64,000 bases of DNA from assembly GCA_963677895.2 (NCBI GenBank), contig CAXXGJ010000038.1, forward strand, positions 64,001-128,000. The letters run 5' to 3'. The notes beneath the pieces are model-generated. The model had not been told where the DNA came from, ran no database searches, and saw nothing but the letters and a program-made list of their open reading frames with translations. The position numbers and the translations under genes are program-made. Origin of the DNA: Treponemataceae bacterium. Lineage in GTDB: Bacteria > Spirochaetota > Spirochaetia > Treponematales > Rectinemataceae. Below, piece after piece: positions 39,600-48,111 of the stretch; positions within the stretch are counted from its first letter, which is position 1; every line of letters begins with the position of its first letter.

Positions 39600-39762
39600 C
39601 TTTTCCGGAACCTGTCTCCTGCGCGCTTTCCCCGTCTTTCATCGCCTTGGAGAATTCCTTCTTGGCTTCGCCGAGCGAGCGGGCGAACTTGGGAATGGCG
39701 CTGGCCCCGAAAAGCACCAATATGACCGCCACGATTACGATTATTTCCGTCGTTCCTATCAT
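39571..39762 (-). CDS. tatA: twin-arginine translocase TatA
   Basis: MIGTTEIIVIVAVILVLFGASAIPKFARSLGEAKKEF; AAGGAG SD. Confidence 0.93.
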   Translation of the reverse strand: MIGTTEIIVIVAVILVLFGASAIPKFARSLGEAKKEFSKAMKDGESAQETGSGKDEGKKDSKV

Positions 39763-39901
39763 GATAAAACTCCTTACAATGAAACAGAAAATGCATCGAT
39801 CCGGTGTCGTCCCGCGAAATCGACATGAACCGCGGACCTCGCCGAAGACAGTACATTTCATACTTATCGGTAGGCTATGTCAACACGTATTCGACGTCTT
39901 T

Positions 39902-40372
39902 TTATCCGTTGGCGATGCTCATCTGCACGAGCGCGTCGCAGCGTTCGTTGTCGGGTACGCCGGCGTGGCCTTCCACCCAATGGAATTCCGCCCGGCTCGC
40001 GGCGACGAGAGCGTCCAGCTGTTCCCATAATTCCCTGTTTTTCACGGGCTTCTTGTCGGCGGTTTTCCAGCCGTTGCGCTTCCAGCCCGACATCCACTTC
40101 AAAACGCCGTTGCGGACATACTGGGAATCGGTAAAGACATGCACGGGAGCTTCGGCCCAGGAAGTTCCCTGGCGTTGGCCTTCCGTCTTGCGCGCCACGA
40201 TGAAGCGAAGCGCTTCGATGACGGCGCGCAACTCCATTCGGTTGTTGGTCGTGTCAGGTTCGCCGCCGCTATCCTCGCGGAGCCTGTCGCCGTAGCGCAT
40301 GACATAGGCCCAGGCCCCAGGTCCGGGATTTCCATGGCATCCGCCGTCGGTGTGAATGATGATTTCCTGCAT
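39902..40372 (-). CDS. rnhA: ribonuclease HI
   Basis: TDGGCHGNPGPG, TTNNRMEL, TDSQYV, WVEGHAG, NERCD. Confidence 0.98.
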   Translation of the reverse strand: MQEIIIHTDGGCHGNPGPGAWAYVMRYGDRLREDSGGEPDTTNNRMELRAVIEALRFIVARKTEGQRQGTSWAEAPVHVFTDSQYVRNGVLKWMSGWKRNGWKTADKKPVKNRELWEQLDALVAASRAEFHWVEGHAGVPDNERCDALVQMSIANG

Positions 40373-40464
40373 CGGCGACACTATGGCAGAAAAATCCTCA
40401 TCGGGCAATCCGGGCAGGTGAAAAGTATTGTCTTTCAGAGTCGGGAACAGTAAACTCTTTGGAT

Positions 40465-42276
40465 ATGTTTAAAGAATTCAGATCCATAATACCGTATCTA
40501 AAAAAATACAAGTGGAACTATAGTATCGGCATAATATTCCTTTTGATCGTGGATGCCGCGCAGGTCCTCATTCCGCGTTTCGTCAAAAAAGCGGTGGATA
40601 TCATCGCCGTCGGCAATTTCAAAGTATCCGCCATCATCGCTCCGGCGCTCTGGATGATCGGCATCGCCGCGATCATCTCGCTTGGAAGATTTTTCTGGCG
40701 GTACTTCATCATCGGAGCCTCGCGGAAAATCGAGACCGAAATGCGCGACAAGCTTTTCGGTCATTTCATGGAAATGTCGGCGGGGTTCTATCAGGCCAAC
40801 AAAACGGGCGATCTCATGGCCAGGGCGACGAACGACATGAACGCCGTGCGCCAATCCATGGGAATGGGCTTCGTATCGTTCGTGGACGGCGTCTTCATGT
40901 CATCGATGATCCTCATCGCCATGATCTCGGACAATACCTCGGTGGCGCTCTACACGATCATACCCCTGCCGCTTATCACCGTCCTGATCCTTTTCTTCGG
41001 AAAGCTCGTGGGAGGGCAGTTCAAGCGGGTGCAGGAAGTCTATTCCAAGCTTTCGGACATAGCCCAGGAAACCTTCGCGGGCATGAGAGTGGTCAAAGCC
41101 TTCGTGAAGGAAGGGTACTTTTCCAAAAGATTTTCCACGACCAACGACCTCTACAAAGACGCCTCCATGGACCTGGTGAAGACCTTCGGTTTCTTCTTTC
41201 CGCTCATATCCTTCCTGGCCGGCATCAGCACGGCGATTCTCATACTGGTGGGCGGCGATTCGGTGCTGAAGAACAAGATGAGTCCCGGCGACATCATCGC
41301 CATGATTTCCTACCTGGAAATGCTCATCTGGCCGCTCATGGGCGCCGGATTTACCGTGAATATCATACAGAGGGGCGCGGCCAGCCTGAAGCGCATCAAC
41401 GAAGTGCTCGATACCAAGAGCGAGATCAAGGAGGCCGAGAACGCGATAACGGAGCCGCCTTCCGGCGGCCTCAGCGTGAGAAACCTCGATTTCACCTTCC
41501 CTGGCGCCTCCAGACCGGCGCTGGAAGGAATTTCCTTCGAAATTCCGGAAGGGAAAACGCTCGGCATCCTAGGCAGGGTGGGCAGCGGAAAATCCACCCT
41601 GCTCAAGGTCCTGCCCAGGCTCATCGATCCTGGGGAAGGCCGGATTTTCATCGGAGGGAAGGACATCTGCGCCTATTCGATCGCTTCGCTCCGCAAGGCT
41701 TATGGCGTCGTTCCTCAGGAATCCTTCCTGTTCTCTGCCTCCGTGCGGAAAAATATACTCTTCGGCAAACCGGACCTGTCCGAGGAACGATTCAACGAGC
41801 TCGCGCGCATAGCATCCCTCGAGCGCGATGTCCAGCTCTTCCCCAAGGGCTGGGATACGATCGTGGGTGAGAAGGGATTGACCCTTTCGGGCGGGCAGAA
41901 ACAAAGAATAGCGATTGCCCGCGCTCTTTCCCTGGATCCGGAAATCCTCGTCCTGGACGACGCGCTTTCGGCGGTCGACGCGGAGACCGAAGAGAAAATT
42001 CTACAGAACCTTCTCGTGGAGAGAAAGGACAGGACCAACATCATCGTTTCCCATCGCGTTTCGACGCTGAGGCACGCCGACAGGGTGCTCGTGCTTGCCG
42101 ACGGCAAATTGATCCAGTATGGCACGCACGAAGCGTTGATAGCCGACAAGGATGGGTTCTACGCCGAAATCGCCGGGCTCCAGGAACTGGAGGCTTCGTC
42201 GATTCCCGCGGCGGCGACGGCGGCCGATGCCGATACGGCAATAGCCGATACGGCTTTTACGGGCGGGGGGAAATAA
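40465..42276 (+). CDS. ABC exporter subunit (MdlA/YheI-like; degenerate Walker B)
   Basis: TM domain, TGDLMARATND, GRVGSGKST, LSGGQKQR, VLDDALSAVD. Confidence 0.95.
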   Translation: MFKEFRSIIPYLKKYKWNYSIGIIFLLIVDAAQVLIPRFVKKAVDIIAVGNFKVSAIIAPALWMIGIAAIISLGRFFWRYFIIGASRKIETEMRDKLFGHFMEMSAGFYQANKTGDLMARATNDMNAVRQSMGMGFVSFVDGVFMSSMILIAMISDNTSVALYTIIPLPLITVLILFFGKLVGGQFKRVQEVYSKLSDIAQETFAGMRVVKAFVKEGYFSKRFSTTNDLYKDASMDLVKTFGFFFPLISFLAGISTAILILVGGDSVLKNKMSPGDIIAMISYLEMLIWPLMGAGFTVNIIQRGAASLKRINEVLDTKSEIKEAENAITEPPSGGLSVRNLDFTFPGASRPALEGISFEIPEGKTLGILGRVGSGKSTLLKVLPRLIDPGEGRIFIGGKDICAYSIASLRKAYGVVPQESFLFSASVRKNILFGKPDLSEERFNELARIASLERDVQLFPKGWDTIVGEKGLTLSGGQKQRIAIARALSLDPEILVLDDALSAVDAETEEKILQNLLVERKDRTNIIVSHRVSTLRHADRVLVLADGKLIQYGTHEALIADKDGFYAEIAGLQELEASSIPAAATAADADTAIADTAFTGGGK

Positions 42277-42279
42277 GCC

Positions 42280-44379
42280 ATGGCTGAATTCTTCGAAACC
42301 GACGACGTGACGAAAGGCTTTGACTCAGCCATTTCGAAAAGAATACTTTCGTATATAAAACCATATAGGCTCATCGCGGCGCTCGCTTTCCTCGCGCTCG
42401 TGGTCTCCACCGCCGGGGAACTCCTGAGTCCCGTCATCATCCGGCGGGCGATCGACGACGCGCTCATGAAGTCCTGGTATGGATTCTCGGTCAATATTGA
42501 AGGTACGGACGCGAACAGGGTGCTCAAATTGTCGGATGCCGATCCGACAATCCAGGGTAAGGTCTTCGTCAGAACCTCCCGGCTCGCGGGCATGAGTTCG
42601 GCGGAGAAGACCCGTCTCATCGACGAGGGGCTCTTCGATCCGGCCGAGATGTACGTGTTCAAGGTGCAGGAGGGCAACGTCGCGCAGGCGGCGCTCCGCG
42701 CCGCGCGCCCCGAGCTTTTCGCCGTCGAAGGCGAGTGGGGCGTCATTTCCGTCGAAAAGCTCAGGGCGCTGCCCGCCGCCGAGGCGGCGGGCCTACGCGG
42801 CGCCGACAGCGCCCTCGTCGGGCGCTATGTGGCCATGCTGCTTGCGGTCCTGGTGACCATTCTGGTCTCCACCTTCGTCATGATCTATTTCAGCAACCTC
42901 CTCGGTCTCAAGATCATGAAGGATCTCAGGATGCAGCTCTTTGGGCACGTGCTCACCCGCTCCCTGTCATACCTTTCCAAGCAGCCCGTGGGCCGCCTCG
43001 TCACCCGGATGACGAGCGACGTCGAAACGATCAACCAGTTCTTCACGGACGTGCTTTCGGCCTTCATCAAGGATTTCTCTATCATGGCGGGCGCCATCAT
43101 CGTCCTCTACTTCTTCGACTGGCGCCTGGCCCTCGTCGTCACCGCCAGCGTCCCCTTCGTCCTCATCATCTCGAATATCGCAAGGAAAAAGGCGAGGGAC
43201 GCCTTCAGGAATCAGCGGCAATGGACGAGCAAGGTCAACTCGTTCATAGCCGAACACCTTTCGGGCATCGATGTCGTGAAGCTATTCGTCAGGGAAGAAC
43301 CCTCCAAGGCCGAATTTGCCGGTCACGACAGCGCCCTCATGAAGGCCAATCTCGGCGAAATGTACGTTTTCGCCACCTTCAGGCCGGCCGTCGATTTTCT
43401 CGCCATCTTCACCACAGCCCTGGCTATCGTTGTCGGAGCGCTGTTCTATCTTTCCCATTCCATCTCCCTGGGCACCCTCATCGCCTTCGTCAACCTCATC
43501 TCCATGTTCTACTCGCCCATAAAGGACTTGGCCGAAAAATACATACTCCTCCAGAGCGCCATGGCCGGGGGAGAGCGAATCTTCAACCTCCTGGACGCCG
43601 ACGACATGATCGTCGACGCCCCCACGATGGAGATGCCTTCCAAGATCCGCGGACATATACAGTTCGACAAGGTATGGTTCGCCTACAAGGAAGAGGATTG
43701 GATTCTCAAGGATCTATCCTTCACCCTCGACCCCGGGCAGATGGTCGCCATCGTCGGCTATACCGGCGCCGGCAAGACCACGGTGGCCAACCTCGTCACG
43801 CGATTCTGGGACATCCAGAAAGGCGAGATCAGGATCGACGGCTACCCGGTGCGCGGTCTTCCCCTCCATGGTCTCAGGAGAGCGATACAGCCCGTCCCCC
43901 AGGACGTCTTTCTCTTCTCCGGCAGCATTGCGGAAAACATCCGTCTCGGCGAAGACGTGACGGTGGAGCGGATGAAACGCGCGGCGGAAGCCGTCCATGC
44001 CAACGAGTTCATCGAGGCGCTTCCCAACGGCTACGATACCCTCCTCGCCGAAAGCGGCAGCAACCTCTCCCAGGGGCAGCGGCAGCTCCTCTCCTTCGCC
44101 CGCGTCCTGGCCCACGATCCGGCCATCATCATTCTCGATGAGGCGACGAGTTCCGTCGATACCGAGACGGAACAGCTCATCCAGAGGGGCATAGAAGGCC
44201 TCCTGTCGGGCAGGACGAGCGTCGTCATCGCGCATCGTCTTTCCACCATCCGCCACGCCGACAAGATCATCGTCCTCGCCCAGGGCCAGATCGCCGAAAC
44301 AGGGACCCACGACGAGCTTATCGAAAAGAAGGGGCTTTACTGGAACCTCTACCGCCTCCAGAACAGCGGACTCGTATGA
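42280..44379 (+). CDS. ABC exporter subunit (MdlB/YheH-like)
   Basis: PVGRLVTRMTSD, GYTGAGKTT, LSQGQRQ, ILDEATSSVD, IAHRLST. Confidence 0.95.
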   Translation: MAEFFETDDVTKGFDSAISKRILSYIKPYRLIAALAFLALVVSTAGELLSPVIIRRAIDDALMKSWYGFSVNIEGTDANRVLKLSDADPTIQGKVFVRTSRLAGMSSAEKTRLIDEGLFDPAEMYVFKVQEGNVAQAALRAARPELFAVEGEWGVISVEKLRALPAAEAAGLRGADSALVGRYVAMLLAVLVTILVSTFVMIYFSNLLGLKIMKDLRMQLFGHVLTRSLSYLSKQPVGRLVTRMTSDVETINQFFTDVLSAFIKDFSIMAGAIIVLYFFDWRLALVVTASVPFVLIISNIARKKARDAFRNQRQWTSKVNSFIAEHLSGIDVVKLFVREEPSKAEFAGHDSALMKANLGEMYVFATFRPAVDFLAIFTTALAIVVGALFYLSHSISLGTLIAFVNLISMFYSPIKDLAEKYILLQSAMAGGERIFNLLDADDMIVDAPTMEMPSKIRGHIQFDKVWFAYKEEDWILKDLSFTLDPGQMVAIVGYTGAGKTTVANLVTRFWDIQKGEIRIDGYPVRGLPLHGLRRAIQPVPQDVFLFSGSIAENIRLGEDVTVERMKRAAEAVHANEFIEALPNGYDTLLAESGSNLSQGQRQLLSFARVLAHDPAIIILDEATSSVDTETEQLIQRGIEGLLSGRTSVVIAHRLSTIRHADKIIVLAQGQIAETGTHDELIEKKGLYWNLYRLQNSGLV

Positions 44380-45299
44380 TCGCCGGCTTTCCTTTCCAGA
44401 ACGTCGAAACGCCATTCATAGCCTTCGAGACAGAAGAATATCTTTGCGTCTTCAAGCCGGCGGGTACGCATTCAGTTCCCTTGGCCTCTCGTGACCGCGA
44501 TCTCGTTTCCTGGCTTGGAACCGCGCGGCCCGACCAAGCCGGAGGATTCGAAAAGCCTTCCGATGGCGGCATGGAGCCCCGTGGCGCGATCCCGAATCAG
44601 GAAAAGGGGAATTCCCTCCGGCTCAGGATGAAAAGCGAACTGGGCATGCTGTCGCGCCTCGACGCCGATACTTCCGGGCTCATACTTTTCGCCCGTTCCG
44701 AGGAGGTTTTTCTCCGGAGCCTCGCGGCGCAAAAGCAAGGGTTTATGCGCAAATTCTACCGCCTGGCTGCCGCTCGCGGCGAAAGCGGAGGGGAACTCCC
44801 GGGATCTCGCCCCCTCCGCTGTCCGATCCCAGGAATTGGGCCCTTGCTGGACAATCGGGCAAACGCTTCAAGCGACCTTCGCGAACCTGGTAGAAAGCCT
44901 GAAACATTGAGCGTCGAGAGTTATTTCCGCTCCTATGGCGAGAAAAGGGCCCGTGTCGCCTGCGTGTCGCCGGAATTCAGGAAGGATGAAAAGAAACCTC
45001 TTTCGCCCATATCCTACCGAACGACGATATCCTCTCGGGGGCGATCCCTGGTTGAGGAATTCCATGAAATTGAGAAAGTCGTCGATGTGGAGGCGGAGAT
45101 ATCGTCGGGATTCAGGCATCAGATACGCGCGCACATGGCCTGGGCCGGCTATCCTGTCGCCGGAGACAGGCTCTACGGCGGCATCGCGGCGTCGCGGCTC
45201 TATCTTGAATGTCACCGGGTCGAAATAATCTTTCCCGGATGCGAAAGCCTGGTTTTTGATATCTACGCGCGGAACGAATCGACGGGGAATGTTTCGTGA
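44376..45299 (+). CDS. RluA-family pseudouridine synthase
   Basis: KPAG, RLDADTSG, GFRHQIRAH, PVAGDRLYG. Confidence 0.88.
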   Translation: MIAGFPFQNVETPFIAFETEEYLCVFKPAGTHSVPLASRDRDLVSWLGTARPDQAGGFEKPSDGGMEPRGAIPNQEKGNSLRLRMKSELGMLSRLDADTSGLILFARSEEVFLRSLAAQKQGFMRKFYRLAAARGESGGELPGSRPLRCPIPGIGPLLDNRANASSDLREPGRKPETLSVESYFRSYGEKRARVACVSPEFRKDEKKPLSPISYRTTISSRGRSLVEEFHEIEKVVDVEAEISSGFRHQIRAHMAWAGYPVAGDRLYGGIAASRLYLECHRVEIIFPGCESLVFDIYARNESTGNVS

Positions 45300-46075
45300 A
45301 GATATGGACAATATCGCCCGAAATCGATGATCGCCGCTATATGGAGTTCGATTTTGACTGCCCAGGTGCGCCCAGGGCCATTCTGAGCACCGTGGCGGCG
45401 GGAAACATGAAGTATGACCCCTCCGGGGTGAACCTTGTCCGCGGGCGGTTTTTCTCCGGGCTGGGCCTGGATCCTTCGAGGATACTGTCCCTCCAGCTGA
45501 GGCACACGCGCAACGTGATCTTTCAGGGGAAGGGCAAGGCGATGACAGATCTTCACCAAAAAGCCGATGCCCTGGGCGGAGCCGATGGCCTTGTCGTGGC
45601 CGAGCCCGATTCGATACCCGCCTTGACGGTGGCCGACTGCATGCCCATCTGGCTTTTCGATTCGAAGAAAGAGGTATTCGGCCTGCTTCATTCAGGCTGG
45701 AGAGGGACAGGCATTCTCAGGGAAGCGGTGACAGGCATGGTTTCCCGGTTCGGATCCGCGCCGGAGGACATCTCGGCGATATTGGGGCCGAGCATCGGCG
45801 CCTGCTGCTATACCGTGCCCGAGGAGAGGGCGATGAGCTTCGCGGCCGAGTTCGGCGAAACCTCGATCCGCCCCGCGAGCGCGGAACCGGGAAAGGACAG
45901 CATCTCCTTCAGCATCGACTTGCGTGCCGCGAATATCCACCTGGCGGGGAATCTCGGACTGGGTACTTTGCTGGACGTCAAAATATGCACGTCCTGCTCG
46001 CCGAATCTGGGTTCGTTCAGGAGACAGGGAGCCCAGGACTTCACGAGGATGTTGGCGCTTTGCGGGTATTTCTGA
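45296..46075 (+). CDS. pgeF: YfiH/PgeF (laccase-domain) protein
   Basis: ADGL, TVADCMP, HSGWRG, GPSIGACCY, CTSC, SFRR. Confidence 0.9.
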   Translation: MKIWTISPEIDDRRYMEFDFDCPGAPRAILSTVAAGNMKYDPSGVNLVRGRFFSGLGLDPSRILSLQLRHTRNVIFQGKGKAMTDLHQKADALGGADGLVVAEPDSIPALTVADCMPIWLFDSKKEVFGLLHSGWRGTGILREAVTGMVSRFGSAPEDISAILGPSIGACCYTVPEERAMSFAAEFGETSIRPASAEPGKDSISFSIDLRAANIHLAGNLGLGTLLDVKICTSCSPNLGSFRRQGAQDFTRMLALCGYF

Positions 46076-46248
46076 TATCCCATTTTATTTTTCCACAGCT
46101 TCACAGAAAAACCGAAGAATGATAATATGTCCGCAAGGACGGAGTCGATTGCGTAACGTGAGCAACCAGCCGCCCTGAAACGCTTCATGTTTCAGGATCG
46201 CAACTTCGCGTGATTGAGCTGAAAGCATACATTTCAAGGAGAACTGCA

Positions 46249-46419
46249 ATGGCATACAAAGTTACCGATGCCTGCGTCAACTGCGGCGCCTGCGAAGGCG
46301 AATGCCCCGTCACCGCTATCAGCGAGAAGAACGATGCCCGCTGGATCGATCCCGACAAATGCATCGATTGCGGAACCTGCGCCTCCAGCTGCCCGACCGA
46401 AGCTATCGTCGCCGGCTGA
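46249..46419 (+). CDS. fdx: clostridial-type 2[4Fe-4S] ferredoxin
   Basis: MAYKVTDACVNCGACEGECP...CIDCGTCASSCP; AAGGAG SD. Confidence 0.97.
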   Translation: MAYKVTDACVNCGACEGECPVTAISEKNDARWIDPDKCIDCGTCASSCPTEAIVAG

Positions 46420-46459
46420 GCCAAGGATAGCCATCGGCCGAAAGCCCCTGGCCACATAG

Positions 46460-46487
46460 AAAAAGCTGCCCTCGCGGGCAGCTTTTT
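46460..46487. terminator. bidirectional intrinsic terminator
   Basis: AAAAAGCTGCCC-TCGC-GGGCAGCTTTTT. Confidence 0.88.
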
Positions 46488-46530
46488 ATTTGTCCGCGGC
46501 ATCGACGCCGGGGTGCGCGCTATTACGGCG

Positions 46531-47859
46531 TCACAGTCTATGCTTCGCGCAGAACGCGTCCAGCACGTCGACGAGATCGGGCTTCCCGATTTCCTGGAGG
46601 TCGTAGCCTACTTTCACGATCGGCTTGTTGATCTTGATTATCCGCGAAAGATCGATCGGCGTCGCGATGAGGACGGCGTCGCAGTCGGTCGCGTTTATCG
46701 TCTTCTCCAGATCCGATATCTGTTCCGCTCCATAGCCCATGGCAGGCAGTAGGGTTCCTATATTGGGATATATCCTGAAGGTTTCGGCCAGCTTGCCGAC
46801 GACGTAAGGGCGGGGGTCCACGATCTGGGCCGCCTGGAATTTGCGCGCCGCCACGACGCCCGCGCCTATTTTCATCATCCCATGGGTGAGGGTGGGGCCG
46901 TCCTCGACGCAGAGAACCCGCTTGCCCTTGATCAGCTCTGGTCTGTCGACGCTTATCGGGCTCGCCGCGTCGATGACTATGGCTTCCGGATTCACTCTCG
47001 TTATGTTTTCGCGTACGGTCTGCACGTCCTCGGGGCTTGCCGTATCGATCTTGTTGATGATGACGACATCGGCCATGCGCAGGCTCGCTTCGCCGGGATA
47101 GAATGAGACCTCGTTGCCGGCTCTCAAGGGATCGGCTACCGTGACCATGAGATCGGGAACATAGAAGGGGAAGTCATTGTTGCCTCCGTCCCAGAGAATT
47201 ACGTCCGCTTCTTTTTCCGCCTGTCTGAGTATCGCCTCGTAATCCACCCCGGAATAGATCACATTGCCCCTCACTACGTGGGGTTCGTATTCTTCCATCT
47301 CTTCGATGGTGCATTTATGGTAGGCCAGGTCTTCCACGGTGGCGAATCGCTGCACTTTCTGGCGCACCAAGTCTCCATAGGGCATGGGGTGGCGGATCGC
47401 CACGACTTTGAGGCCGCGCGCCATCAGCATCTGGACAATCTTGCGCGAAGTCTGACTTTTTCCCGATCCCGTACGCACGGCGCAGACGGCTATCAGGGGT
47501 TTTGTCGACTTGATCTGCGTGTCCTTGGGGCCGAGGAGGGTGAAGGAGGCTCCTGCGGCGTTCACGAGAGCCGAGAGGCTCATGACGTGGGCATAGGGTA
47601 CATCCGAATAGGAGAAAACGCATTCGTCTATGGAAAGCTCAGCTATGAGCCGGGGCAGGTCTGATTCGGCATAAATCGGGATGCCGTCGGGATAGAGGGG
47701 GCCGGCAAGCTCCGAGGGATATTTTCTTCCATCGATATCGGGAATCTGCGCGGCGGTAAAGGCGGCTACCTCGACGGACGCGTCATTTCTAAATCTTGTG
47801 TTGAAGTTATGAAAATCCCTTCCAGCCGCTCCTATGATGATCACTTTTCTTCGCTTCAT
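46531..47859 (-). CDS. P-loop ligase of the cyclic 2,3-diphosphoglycerate synthetase-like family; probable arginine synthetase (ArcE)
   Basis: GAAGRDFHNFN, AVRTGSGKSQT, RHPMPYG, TIEEMEEYE, WDGGNND, EDGPTLTHG; divergent from arcA. ArcE assignment is from recall of the family. Confidence 0.75.
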   Translation of the reverse strand: MKRRKVIIIGAAGRDFHNFNTRFRNDASVEVAAFTAAQIPDIDGRKYPSELAGPLYPDGIPIYAESDLPRLIAELSIDECVFSYSDVPYAHVMSLSALVNAAGASFTLLGPKDTQIKSTKPLIAVCAVRTGSGKSQTSRKIVQMLMARGLKVVAIRHPMPYGDLVRQKVQRFATVEDLAYHKCTIEEMEEYEPHVVRGNVIYSGVDYEAILRQAEKEADVILWDGGNNDFPFYVPDLMVTVADPLRAGNEVSFYPGEASLRMADVVIINKIDTASPEDVQTVRENITRVNPEAIVIDAASPISVDRPELIKGKRVLCVEDGPTLTHGMMKIGAGVVAARKFQAAQIVDPRPYVVGKLAETFRIYPNIGTLLPAMGYGAEQISDLEKTINATDCDAVLIATPIDLSRIIKINKPIVKVGYDLQEIGKPDLVDVLDAFCAKHRL

Positions 47860-47976
47860 GCCGAAGGCCTCCCTTGGGAAAGGGCCTTTGCCCCCTCCGG
47901 AAGCTATGATCCGATGTCCACATATACCTGTCAAGATTGCGACATTAAATATGATTTGTTCAAAAAACGTTGATTT

Positions 47977-47990
47977 TGCATATACATTCA
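47977..47990. promoter_or_regulatory. ARG box (ArgR site) candidate
   Basis: TGCATATACATTCA matches the TGMAT-N4-ATKCA pattern and lies between two arginine-metabolism genes. Confidence 0.65.
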
Positions 47991-48111
47991 AGCCGAATTT
48001 CCGCTTCGCGAAGTTCATGCAGAAAAGGCCGAGAAAACGACGATAGTTATGCAAAAAGAGCATCGCGGTAAATGTGAAGATTTTTTTTTATTCCTGGTGC
48101 ATACTTCTCCT

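Noticed and set aside
35625..39901. Integrative element at tRNA-Arg
   Set aside because: No integrase and no duplicated tRNA 3' end found. The CCGGGGTTCAATC near 35688 is too short to call a tRNA remnant.
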